Origin: Candidatus Latescibacterota bacterium
GTDB lineage: Bacteria > Latescibacterota > UBA2968 > UBA8231
Direction of reading: 5' to 3'
Assembly: GCA_965243025.1 (NCBI GenBank)
Contig: CBDETY010000003.1
Location: 32,001-96,000, forward strand
Length of the DNA stretch: 64,000 nt
This document shows positions 55,473-64,000 of this stretch, piece by piece (positions within the stretch are counted from its first letter, which is position 1; every line of letters starts with the position of its first letter). Below the pieces are notes generated by a model, which saw only the letters and a program-made list of their open reading frames with translations, made no database searches and was not told the DNA's origin. Made by a program: the position numbers and the translations under genes.

Positions 55473-57392
55473 TTACTTGAGCAGACTCATCCTCTTGGTA
55501 TCGGTATAGGACCCCGCCCGCATCTGATACAGGTAGACGCCGCTCGAAACAGGACGGCCGCTCGCATCGCGCCCGTCCCAGGTCGCGGTATAGAAGCCGG
55601 CGTTCATGACTTCGCCGTCAGCCAGCCGCACCACTTCCTGTCCGGCGGTGTTGTAGACCGTGAGGACCACTTCGCTGCGCTGGGGAATCTCGAAGCCCAG
55701 GGTGGTCATCGGGTTGAACGGGTTGGGGTAATTGTCGCCCAGCGAGAATTCCCCGGGGAGGCCGTCCCGCTGCTCTTCCACGACCGCCGTCGCCTCGCCG
55801 CCGATCATGCCCCGGCGGATTGCTCCGGGAGTGTGCACGAGCCAGCCCGGCTGCTCCTCGCTGTCCCACTCGTTCCTCGCGATCTGTTGCCTGTCGAAGA
55901 TGTGATCGAACCCCATCGAGTCGTAAAAGCCGTCGTAGTTGTTTCCGAACTCGTGGTACTGGATGCCCCCGTAGGTGAAATTGTTGGCGCCGTCGACTTT
56001 GAGCCGGGCCAGGCCGTTGCCGTCGGGGCCGATCACGAGTCCGATATACTGACTGAAGACACCCTGATCGCCGTTGGGACCGGTAAAGAACATGCCGTAC
56101 GGCCCGGCATTGATATTCTGCGAGGCTCGCCGCATGACGAGCTCGTTCCTGGTCTCCGGATCGTTGTCGTGGTCCCAGTCGATGGTGTCGCTCCAGCCGT
56201 CGCCGTTGTCGTTTATCCAGAGGACCTCGCTGTCGTGGGAGACGAAGGGGATCCAGGGATTGAAGTGGGTCACCGCGGCGACTCCTCTCGGGTTCAGCCC
56301 GGAGTCGACCGGCCCGTTGGACCAGGGAACCTCGTTCCCTTCGGCGTCGATTCTGACACCGGTGAAGACGTCGCCGAGGTCGATTGCGTGGAGGACCTCG
56401 CCGGTGGTCGGATCCAGCTTGATCACCGACGAAGTGAAGTCGGTCCTGTTCCAGCTGTCTACCCAGATGGCATCGTCGTACCAGTGGCAGTTGTAGACTC
56501 TCGACGGCAGCGGGAAATGACCGTTGTCGCCCCATTCGGTCACCGGCTCGACGGTTCCGTCATCCTTCATGAGGAGTTTGTGCACCCCCGTCGAAGGCCC
56601 CGAGAACATGGTTACGTAGACGGTGTTCTCCGCGGTCGGATCGAGCTGGATCCCGTTCGCCTGCAGAATCGCGTCCGGCTCGCCGCCCGCGTCGTTGACC
56701 GCCCTCATGTAGTCCGACGCATCGAATTGCTCGTAGGCGTCCGGGCTGGCCGCGTAGTCGGTGCCGATGAAGCTGCGGATTATCACCCTCTCCTCGAACC
56801 CCCTGCGGCCGTAGGGCGCCCAGACTTCCGGCGGGTCCTTCCTCCAGTCGATCGACCAGTCGCTCCAGGCGTCGTTGGCCACCCGGGCCACGGTGCGGGT
56901 GTTGTCGCCCCGGACGATGAGGTAGAACTGGTACTCCCCGGCCGCCACCGCGTCGCCGTCCATGTTGGTCCCGGGCCAGGTGATCGCATGCGAGCCGGCC
57001 CCGAAGTGAACCCCGTCCTGGGGCGTGCGCCACACCATGACATCGATGTTGGTGTTCTCGCCGCGGGCGATGGCACCCTCGGTGCCGTCCACCCATTCCT
57101 GCGCATCGTTGTCCCAGCGGCCGTCCGGTTTCCAGGCTACTGCCGGGGGATTGTACCCCGAAGTGTAGACGGCGGCGTACACCGTTGCGGGTTGGTCGAT
57201 CTCGAACGGAATGTCCACCGGCGTGCTGCCGTCGAACTCCGCCAACGCCTCCGGCACCGTCACCGAAATCGCTTCGGGCGGACCGCTGACCGTGGGGGTC
57301 CAGTTGGGTTCGTCGACGTCGTCCTGAGCCGATGCCGCGCCGGCCAGAGCGATGCATCCAGCTGCTGCGCAGACCGTTATCCATCTGGCCAT
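55473..57392 (-). CDS. Acidic secreted protein with FlgD-Ig-like domains at both ends (C-terminal T9SS-like sorting domain)
   Basis: AAGGAG RBS, signal peptide (AASAQ), N-terminal ITWPGTNMDG...AGEY, C-terminal NYPNPFNP...WDGRD...SGVYLY. Confidence 0.78.
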   Translation of the reverse strand: MARWITVCAAAGCIALAGAASAQDDVDEPNWTPTVSGPPEAISVTVPEALAEFDGSTPVDIPFEIDQPATVYAAVYTSGYNPPAVAWKPDGRWDNDAQEWVDGTEGAIARGENTNIDVMVWRTPQDGVHFGAGSHAITWPGTNMDGDAVAAGEYQFYLIVRGDNTRTVARVANDAWSDWSIDWRKDPPEVWAPYGRRGFEERVIIRSFIGTDYAASPDAYEQFDASDYMRAVNDAGGEPDAILQANGIQLDPTAENTVYVTMFSGPSTGVHKLLMKDDGTVEPVTEWGDNGHFPLPSRVYNCHWYDDAIWVDSWNRTDFTSSVIKLDPTTGEVLHAIDLGDVFTGVRIDAEGNEVPWSNGPVDSGLNPRGVAAVTHFNPWIPFVSHDSEVLWINDNGDGWSDTIDWDHDNDPETRNELVMRRASQNINAGPYGMFFTGPNGDQGVFSQYIGLVIGPDGNGLARLKVDGANNFTYGGIQYHEFGNNYDGFYDSMGFDHIFDRQQIARNEWDSEEQPGWLVHTPGAIRRGMIGGEATAVVEEQRDGLPGEFSLGDNYPNPFNPMTTLGFEIPQRSEVVLTVYNTAGQEVVRLADGEVMNAGFYTATWDGRDASGRPVSSGVYLYQMRAGSYTDTKRMSLLK

Positions 57393-57460
57393 GGTACTCT
57401 CCTTTGTCGAAAGGAAGTGGGAGAAACACTCGATAAATGCCGAATGCTCGATGGAGCCCG

Positions 57461-57541
57461 ATAATAGCCAATCTACCTGTCAAATCCAATAATAATCGAT
57501 TGCAATAATTGCTTGACACCCCACATGGGCACGTCCATCGT
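57461..57541. promoter_or_regulatory. AT-rich divergent promoter with palindromic operator-like sites
   Basis: Minus strand TTGGAT-N17-TATTAT (57489-57461); plus strand TTGACA at 57513-57518; palindromes AATCGATT (57494-57501) and GCAATAATTGC (57502-57512). Confidence 0.55.
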
Positions 57542-57649
57542 ATTCCGACTTCACCGCTCCGGCCAGCGAGGTCGAAACAGCTCGATGAAGGTCTCTGACA
57601 AGCGGACATCCGGAGCACCTGCTCCAGGCACTGTCGCCAGGAGGTCGCA

Positions 57650-59755
57650 TTGGTAGCGGCATGCGGACTCCGGCCGGCTCTGATCGCCTCCCTCGCGGCG
57701 GCATTCACCGTCGCCGCCAGTGCTGCGGCGGACGGCGAGATGCTTTCGATCGACCGCTGGCCGACAACGACCTGGTACCGCTACGATTTCACAACCGGAT
57801 CCGGGGGAGGGGGCACCATCCGCCTCACCGCCGTGGACCGGTACGTGCTTTTCCTCAACGGCCAGAGGGCCGGCGACGGTGCGGACTGGACCGCGCTCGA
57901 GGAGCATTCCGTCGACCTCGAGGACGGCGACAACCACCTGGGGCTGGTGGTCGACAGCGACGGGGACGGCTCGGGCGCCGGCCTGATGGTCGAAATCGTC
58001 GCCGGGAACGAGCAGTTCGTCAGCACCGTGACAGGGCCCTGGTACTGGAGCGGCCTGGAGCCGGAAGACGATGCCTGGCTGACCGACCGCGACATCGCCA
58101 ACGAACCGTCCTGGCAGCGGGTGCAGACGGCGACGTTCGACCGGTCGCGGATCTCCGGCTTCCAGAGCCTGGAGGTCGAGCCGGTCGCCGGCTTTCCCGG
58201 CGGCGTCGAGACCAGCCCGCATGGGGAAGGCGCCCTGCAGCTGCGCCAGATCGACGGCGAGAACCTCGCCGCTGGGGTGTTTGCCGCCCCGGCCGAGATA
58301 ACCGACGGCGATCTCAAGACGGCGTGGAACCTGTCGACGGGGGCTCTCAACGACTTCGCCCGTGTCGACCTGGGCCGCCGCCGGAGCGTCAACCGGGTGC
58401 GCGTGATCACCGAGGGGGACGACGCCGAAGAGCTCGAAGGCAACTCGCTGAGAGGCTACTCGGTCCAGATCAGCGACGACCGCTTCCGCTGGACGGAGGT
58501 GGGCGCCCTGTTCGGGATCACCGATTACCGCGAGACCGAGGTCGGCTTCCCGGCCGTCACCACGCGCCATGTGAGGATCGTGGTGACCGAAGTAGCCCGC
58601 GGCCTGTCCCCGAGCGTCGCCGAGGTGGAGGTCTTCGGCACCGGTTTCGCCGAAAGCGCCAGCTATCTTTCGCCCCCTCTCGAGTTCGACGCACCGGATT
58701 CCCCGAAGAACTTCGGCCTCGTCACCTGGGAGGCGGAGGTGCCGGAGCGTACCGGTCTCAGCCTGCAGTTTCGCAGCGCCGGAGCGGACATGGAGTGGAG
58801 CGACTGGAGCCGCCCCTATGCGGAGAGCGGCGTCTTCGCCGGTGTTCCCGAACCCCGGACACTGCTGCAGTACCGGGCGGGCTTCTCGACCAGCGACAAC
58901 AGCCGTACTCCGGCTCTGCGCTCGCTGCAGCTGCAGTTCGACGAAGGGCCGCTCGCCGCCGGCGGGGCGTCGGGCTCGATCAGTCCCCGCTCCGTCCCGA
59001 TGGGGCGGGATACCACGTTCGTCTACGAGGTGAACCTGGATTTCTCGGGGGACGAAGCCGGGGTGGAGAAGCTGTCCATCGACGTCCCCTCCCGGGCGGG
59101 GGCGGCCGGCAGCGTCACGGGGCCGGATGGCCAGGCCCTGCCGGTTGACAGCCGTTTCGATGCCGCAAGCCGGCAGTTCGTCGTGACCTTCACTCCTCCG
59201 ATCGCGGCAGAGGACGGGATTACCTCCATGCGTATTCCCTTCACCACGGCCCAGTTTCTGCCGCGGTTCGATTTCCGGGCCCGTCTCTTCGCTCCCGGCA
59301 GCGACAATCCGCTGGAAGCAGCCGAAGACCGCCAGGTGGATGAAGACACGGGGGAAGTTCTCAGATCGTGGGTGGTCTCCGTCTCCGAAGTGGTCGACGA
59401 GCTGCTCGTCCGCGCCGAGGCCAGGCCTCGCGTCATCACTCCCAACGCCGATGGCCGCAACGAATTCACCGTCATCGAACTGGTCATCAGCAAGCTCGCC
59501 GAGCCCCAGGGCGTCGAGATCCGCCTCTTCGATCTCGGCGGCCGGCTGGTGCGCGCCCTTCCGCCCGCCCGCCTGAGCGCCGGCACCTACCTCCATCCCC
59601 GGGACGCGGCGCTGGCCAGGCAGACTCCCGGGTTCTGGGACGGCGCGGATCAGGGCGGCAATCCCGTACCCCCGGGCAACTACATCTATCGAGTCGAGAT
59701 CGATCTCGGCGACCGTACCGAGGTCGGCATCGGCACCGTAGCGGTCGTCTACTAG
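57650..59755 (+). CDS. Secreted protein with F5/8 (discoidin/CBM32-like) domain and C-terminal FlgD-Ig / type-B CTD-like domain
   Basis: GGAGG RBS, signal peptide, ITDGDLKTAW...VDLG...YSVQISDD...W...RHVRI...EVEVFG, and ITPNADGRNE...WDGAD...PGNYIYRV. Confidence 0.78.
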   Translation: MVAACGLRPALIASLAAAFTVAASAAADGEMLSIDRWPTTTWYRYDFTTGSGGGGTIRLTAVDRYVLFLNGQRAGDGADWTALEEHSVDLEDGDNHLGLVVDSDGDGSGAGLMVEIVAGNEQFVSTVTGPWYWSGLEPEDDAWLTDRDIANEPSWQRVQTATFDRSRISGFQSLEVEPVAGFPGGVETSPHGEGALQLRQIDGENLAAGVFAAPAEITDGDLKTAWNLSTGALNDFARVDLGRRRSVNRVRVITEGDDAEELEGNSLRGYSVQISDDRFRWTEVGALFGITDYRETEVGFPAVTTRHVRIVVTEVARGLSPSVAEVEVFGTGFAESASYLSPPLEFDAPDSPKNFGLVTWEAEVPERTGLSLQFRSAGADMEWSDWSRPYAESGVFAGVPEPRTLLQYRAGFSTSDNSRTPALRSLQLQFDEGPLAAGGASGSISPRSVPMGRDTTFVYEVNLDFSGDEAGVEKLSIDVPSRAGAAGSVTGPDGQALPVDSRFDAASRQFVVTFTPPIAAEDGITSMRIPFTTAQFLPRFDFRARLFAPGSDNPLEAAEDRQVDEDTGEVLRSWVVSVSEVVDELLVRAEARPRVITPNADGRNEFTVIELVISKLAEPQGVEIRLFDLGGRLVRALPPARLSAGTYLHPRDAALARQTPGFWDGADQGGNPVPPGNYIYRVEIDLGDRTEVGIGTVAVVY

Positions 59756-59801
59756 ACGGGCAGACTGCAGGGATCGGGCTGGCAGACTGGACGGATTCGC
59801 C

Positions 59802-62474
59802 ATGAAACGGTACCGGGCGGGGATTCTGGCGGCAGGGGGCTGGGCAGTGCTTTTCAGTCTCCTTCACGACAGCGTCCATGCCCAGTTCCTCAACCGGCAG
59901 TTCTATCCGCGCTGGCAGCAGGAGAAGTACGAGAACCTCGCCACCATCGGCTACCGCGGCTACGACATCGACAGCGAGCAGCGCACCTTCGATGCCTTCG
60001 GCATGTACATGCTGGACGGTGTCGAGGTGTTCCGCCTCGAGGAGTTTCGCAGTATCGACCCCTTCGACGGCAGCCTCCTGTTCAAGGATTTCGCACTGAC
60101 CAACCTGTTCCAGAACCTGGTGATATCCAGCGACAGCTACCGCACCTGGTCCAGCAGACTGACGATCGGCAGGGCCGTGGAGTCCACCTTCACACCTCTG
60201 ACCCTCGACGTCGCCCGTCTCAACGGCGTTCGCTGGGACGCGGCGACCCGGCGCAACCGCTTCGCGGTGGTGGCCTCGCGCGTGTCCGACCCCATCCTCT
60301 TCGGAGGGCTGCGCAGCCGGGAGTTCGCCAACTACCTCTACGGGGGCCGCTGGGAGGGGACCCTCGGCGACGTGCTCACCTTCGGAGCCTCCTACGTCAA
60401 TCTCCACTACATCGACAGCCTGGCCGGCAGCAGGAGGAGCTCGCAGAAGGGCAACCTTCCCAACGACCTGCAACCCCCCGAGACCCTGTTCGTCCTGGTC
60501 TGCGACGACTCGCCCGACGACGGGTCCGGCGGCAGGGTGTACGACATGGTGATGCAGGTGGACGGCGTTTCCCGCGCTGACCTGACCCCGGAAATCCGAC
60601 GGGTGGAAGACATCGAGCACGAGCGCGAGCTGACCGTGGAAGAGGTCTCCCACCTGCGGCGGCGGCGGTCGTGGTTGAGCACTCTGCTGCCCTGGACGTC
60701 GATGCGAAACCTCATCGACGATGCCCCGGTCGTTTCGCCGAACGGACAGGAATACCTCGAAGCGAGCGGCACGGATGTTCTCGTCTACCGCTTCGACGTT
60801 CCCCGCGGCGCCTCCGCGGTGGAGTTCGAGGCGCTCGTCTCCCACGACTACAGCATCGACGTCGCGGCCGAGCTGCCCCGGCGAGGCGTTGTCGGCATCA
60901 CCTGGGACGACTGGCACAACGTGCTGCGGGCGCCCGGCAATCCCGGGGCCGGGGATGCCAACCCGCAGAGGAAGAGATTCTCCTACTCCGCCTCAACCGG
61001 GATCGCCACCTACGGAGCCGATATCGATCTGGCGCTGTACGGTTTTGCTCTCGAGGGGGAGTACGCGCGCAATTTCGACTTCTCCCAGTACCCGGCATTC
61101 GACGGCCGCCGGTTCGAAGGACAGCGCGATGCCTGGTACCTGACCCTGGAGCGGCCGTTGGGAAAATGGCGGCTGGGCATGGAACTGTTCGACATGCCGG
61201 CGACTTTCTCGACGGATTTCACCTACTGGCGGCAGGATATCAACCAGTTCGACGTCTACCGCATGGTGGAGGACAACGACGACCGCGACCAGTGGCCGGA
61301 CAACTGGGAGCACTGGGAGCCCCTCGATTCCCGATACACCCTGCAGTCGGTAGGCCGCCCCACCCCGGAAGCCAACCGCAACCTGGTTCCGTCTCCCGAC
61401 GTGGCGATCGGTTTCGGGGTCTTTCCGGGACTGGATGAGGACGGGGACGGCACGCCGGACACCAACGTCAACGACAACGAGCTGCCCGACTACCTGGAGC
61501 CCTTCCTCATGTACCACGTCGAGCCGGAGGACTTCGTGTTCGGAGACGACTTCAACAACAACGGCATCGTCGACGTCCGGGAAAACGACAACCTGCCCGA
61601 CTATCCCTACGAGCTCGACTCGGGAGGGCCGCACACCTTCGCCGCGTACCGTCCCTCGCCGGCGTTGGACATGACCGCCGGCTGGTACGGTATCGCACAG
61701 ACTGCGGGAGGGGGCGAAAACCGGGCGGCCTATCTGCGGCTGCGCCACCACCGGAAGCTGTCTTCGACGAGCCACCTCGAGTTCAACTACCTGGGCAGGA
61801 GGGTGCGCGACGACATCCCTTCGAGCACCTACGAGTTCAAGGTCGATCCACGAGTGCTGGGGAACTTCTCGATCCATGCGCGGCCCGATCCGCTGGAGAT
61901 GCGCAACAGCCTCGTCAACACCCTGTTCGCCAGGGCCCGGTCGCACCCGGTTTCCTCTCTGCGCCTGGAGACCATTTTGCGCTGGGAGCAGAACAACCAG
62001 CTCGAGGAGTCCGGGCAGGCGCGGGCGATCCAGGAAGAGCGCACCCTCCGTGGGTGGAGGGCGGTCGCCAAGGCCGACTACCTGCGGAAATGGCGCTCCT
62101 TCTCGCTCATGCCGATGGTCAAGTTCACCACGGCGCGAAAGACCGCCTCGGATGCCGAAGAGGCACTGGTTCGGGATTACACCCTCTTCCCGATCATCCG
62201 CCTCGACTACCATGCATCGCCGCGAACCGTGGTGCGGACCGGGGTCCAGGGATTTCCGGTCCTGTTCAAGCACCGCTTTCGCAGCGGCACGCCCGAGGTC
62301 GACGACTTCGACGCCGAACACTTCATCTTCACCGTGCAGACGCGGGACAACTACATCGGCTACGACGCGAGCTTCCTGATGGGCTACAAGGCAAGCCGGT
62401 TCGAATTTCCGGGAGACAGCTCGGCCGGGCCGCGAACCACGAGCGAGGTCTTCCTTCACATGCGGGTCGAATGA
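59802..62474 (+). CDS. Large secreted protein, putative outer-membrane beta-barrel with acidic Ca-binding-like loops
   Basis: Signal peptide, amphipathic beta strands, DxDxDG-type motifs (DNDDRD, DEDGDG, DFNNNG). Confidence 0.6.
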   Translation: MKRYRAGILAAGGWAVLFSLLHDSVHAQFLNRQFYPRWQQEKYENLATIGYRGYDIDSEQRTFDAFGMYMLDGVEVFRLEEFRSIDPFDGSLLFKDFALTNLFQNLVISSDSYRTWSSRLTIGRAVESTFTPLTLDVARLNGVRWDAATRRNRFAVVASRVSDPILFGGLRSREFANYLYGGRWEGTLGDVLTFGASYVNLHYIDSLAGSRRSSQKGNLPNDLQPPETLFVLVCDDSPDDGSGGRVYDMVMQVDGVSRADLTPEIRRVEDIEHERELTVEEVSHLRRRRSWLSTLLPWTSMRNLIDDAPVVSPNGQEYLEASGTDVLVYRFDVPRGASAVEFEALVSHDYSIDVAAELPRRGVVGITWDDWHNVLRAPGNPGAGDANPQRKRFSYSASTGIATYGADIDLALYGFALEGEYARNFDFSQYPAFDGRRFEGQRDAWYLTLERPLGKWRLGMELFDMPATFSTDFTYWRQDINQFDVYRMVEDNDDRDQWPDNWEHWEPLDSRYTLQSVGRPTPEANRNLVPSPDVAIGFGVFPGLDEDGDGTPDTNVNDNELPDYLEPFLMYHVEPEDFVFGDDFNNNGIVDVRENDNLPDYPYELDSGGPHTFAAYRPSPALDMTAGWYGIAQTAGGGENRAAYLRLRHHRKLSSTSHLEFNYLGRRVRDDIPSSTYEFKVDPRVLGNFSIHARPDPLEMRNSLVNTLFARARSHPVSSLRLETILRWEQNNQLEESGQARAIQEERTLRGWRAVAKADYLRKWRSFSLMPMVKFTTARKTASDAEEALVRDYTLFPIIRLDYHASPRTVVRTGVQGFPVLFKHRFRSGTPEVDDFDAEHFIFTVQTRDNYIGYDASFLMGYKASRFEFPGDSSAGPRTTSEVFLHMRVE

Positions 62475-64000
62475 TGCCCCCCCTGATCCTCCTGATCCTG
62501 TGGCTCGCCGCCCTTCCCGGCTCGAGCGAGGCGACGGACCAGCTCCTCTACAAGGAGTCGCCCCGGTACGAGAACTACGGCGAGCAGGGATACCGCCATT
62601 ACGGCCGCGGTGTCCTGGGGCGGTCGACGAGGCCCCTCTTCGACCGCCTGGGGGATCAGCTGATGAACGGCGTCGAGATCTACTCCCTCGGGGAAAGCCG
62701 GGTCGAGGCGGAACTTGTTCCCCCCGGCAGCCGCCTGAACAAGCACTTCTTCTACTACAGATATCTCAATGGCCTGGCCATAGCCCAGGACAGGTACAAC
62801 GGGTGGACCACCCGCCTGCTGATCGGCGACCGCATCCGCACCCACTTCACGCCTCTCACTCTCGACCTGGCGGCTCTCAACGGCATCCGCTGGGACGTGG
62901 AGGGCAGCGGTCACCGCCTGTCGCTGGTGACCTCGCGCCGCGACTTCCCGCTCTGGACCCTGCCGGACGTGGACCAGAACCAGGAGCTCAGCTTCTCCAC
63001 CTACCTGCTGGGGGGGCACTGGGAAAGAGACTGGGGCCCCTTGAAACTGGGCGCCACGTTCACCAACCAGCTCAGGGTGAACACGCTGCTGGGCACCGAG
63101 GGAAGCAGCATCAAGGGAACCACTCCATTCACCATCACAACGGTCCAGATGCTCGTCGTCAAGGTCGCCAACGCCGACGAACGCATGCACCACAACGCCC
63201 GCGTCTACGGTATCGACCTTGCGCTCAACGGGGAAGCGACGGATATCGAACCGGTGGTGACCCGTCACGACGCCAACTTCGTCAACCCGCGGTTCGAGAA
63301 CTTCGACGAGTTCTTTCCCCTCGGGAGAACGGTCCCTCCCTTCGTCGACTTCATCGAGGGGGACTTCCCTGCGGAAAGTCCCGATTCCCGGGGCGGAATT
63401 CAGGTGAACGACAGCGAATACCTGCTCTACTGGTTCGAGCTGCCGGAAGATGTCGTGGTTCAGCAGGCCAGCTTCGACGCCCTGGTCGCCAACAATTACG
63501 AGATCTCGGTCTCCGAGGTCTTCGTCCGCAACCCCCTTGCGGGCAGGCGCGACCCGGGGCAGCGGAACCGCGCCACCTACTTCGCCCGCATAACCGGAAG
63601 CGACGAACCGGCCCTGGATGGATCGAACCTGCGGCGGGTGCGCTTCGACTACGGCCGGCAGACGGGCAACATGGTCTTCGGGGCCAACGCGCAAACCGCG
63701 TTCAAGGGGTTTCTGTTCCGGGGCGAATTCGACGTCAACCTCAACCACCTCCAGTACCCCGACCTCGAGGGCGCACGGCACCGGCGCGAGGCGCTGGCGT
63801 ACTTCGTCAACCTCGAGAGGGAGCTGGGACCCCGGGTATCGATCGGGGGCGAGTACTTCAACGTCGACCCGGACTACAGCACCAGCATAACCGTACAGAG
63901 CGAAGGCTACGCGGCCTACACCGACCTGCCCGTCCAGCCGTATGTCAACGAGATCCACCACGGGTTTCCCGGGGATTACAACAACACCATCGAGATGGAT
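62471..64000 (+). CDS. Paralog of 59802-62474, 3'-truncated by the window edge (absent from the ORF track)
   Basis: ATGA overlap; MMPPLILLILWLAALPGSSEA signal peptide; YENYGEQGYR vs YENLATIGYR and FTPLTLDLAALNGIRWD vs FTPLTLDVARLNGVRWD. Confidence 0.75.
   Translation, partial: MMPPLILLILWLAALPGSSEATDQLLYKESPRYENYGEQGYRHYGRGVLGRSTRPLFDRLGDQLMNGVEIYSLGESRVEAELVPPGSRLNKHFFYYRYLNGLAIAQDRYNGWTTRLLIGDRIRTHFTPLTLDLAALNGIRWDVEGSGHRLSLVTSRRDFPLWTLPDVDQNQELSFSTYLLGGHWERDWGPLKLGATFTNQLRVNTLLGTEGSSIKGTTPFTITTVQMLVVKVANADERMHHNARVYGIDLALNGEATDIEPVVTRHDANFVNPRFENFDEFFPLGRTVPPFVDFIEGDFPAESPDSRGGIQVNDSEYLLYWFELPEDVVVQQASFDALVANNYEISVSEVFVRNPLAGRRDPGQRNRATYFARITGSDEPALDGSNLRRVRFDYGRQTGNMVFGANAQTAFKGFLFRGEFDVNLNHLQYPDLEGARHRREALAYFVNLERELGPRVSIGGEYFNVDPDYSTSITVQSEGYAAYTDLPVQPYVNEIHHGFPGDYNNTIEMD

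Overview
GC-rich, gene-dense bacterial chromosomal window with about 38 CDS. I saw no rRNA, tRNA, CRISPR array, integrase or transposase. The gene content (FlgD-Ig/T9SS-like C-terminal domains, DUF4159, M28-FtsX fusion, DUF6785-like membrane protein, sulfatases) suggests a Latescibacterota/FCB-like diderm; this is inference only. Four blocks: (1) 1-12.4 kb: 5'-truncated selD followed by a PhnDCE-like putative selenium ABC transporter. On the other strand are an OpuA/EgtU-type ABC transporter, egtD, a vapBC module with a decayed vapC remnant beside it, a PLP class V enzyme and a VIT-vWA secreted protein. (2) 12.8-34.5 kb: mixed enzymes (three SAM methyltransferases, Gfo/Idh/MocA oxidoreductase, ornithine-cyclodeaminase-like protein, alpha/beta hydrolase, two membrane-spermidine-synthase fusions, sulfatase, atypical GH32, metallophosphoesterase). 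(3) 34.6-45.2 kb: glycan catabolism (GH28-like protein, oxidoreductase, a tandem pair of near-identical ~1060-aa heparinase II/III-like proteins, sulfatase). (4) 45.2-64 kb: a divergent envelope locus, my best candidate for an undescribed system. It encodes a DUF6785-like membrane protein, a 1669-aa inactive-looking M28/PA plus FtsX-type permease, lipoproteins (one with a TonB-C-like domain), DUF4159 with a TonB-like anchor, FlgD-Ig surface proteins and two paralogous putative outer-membrane proteins. All family assignments come from motif recognition by eye; no database searches were run.
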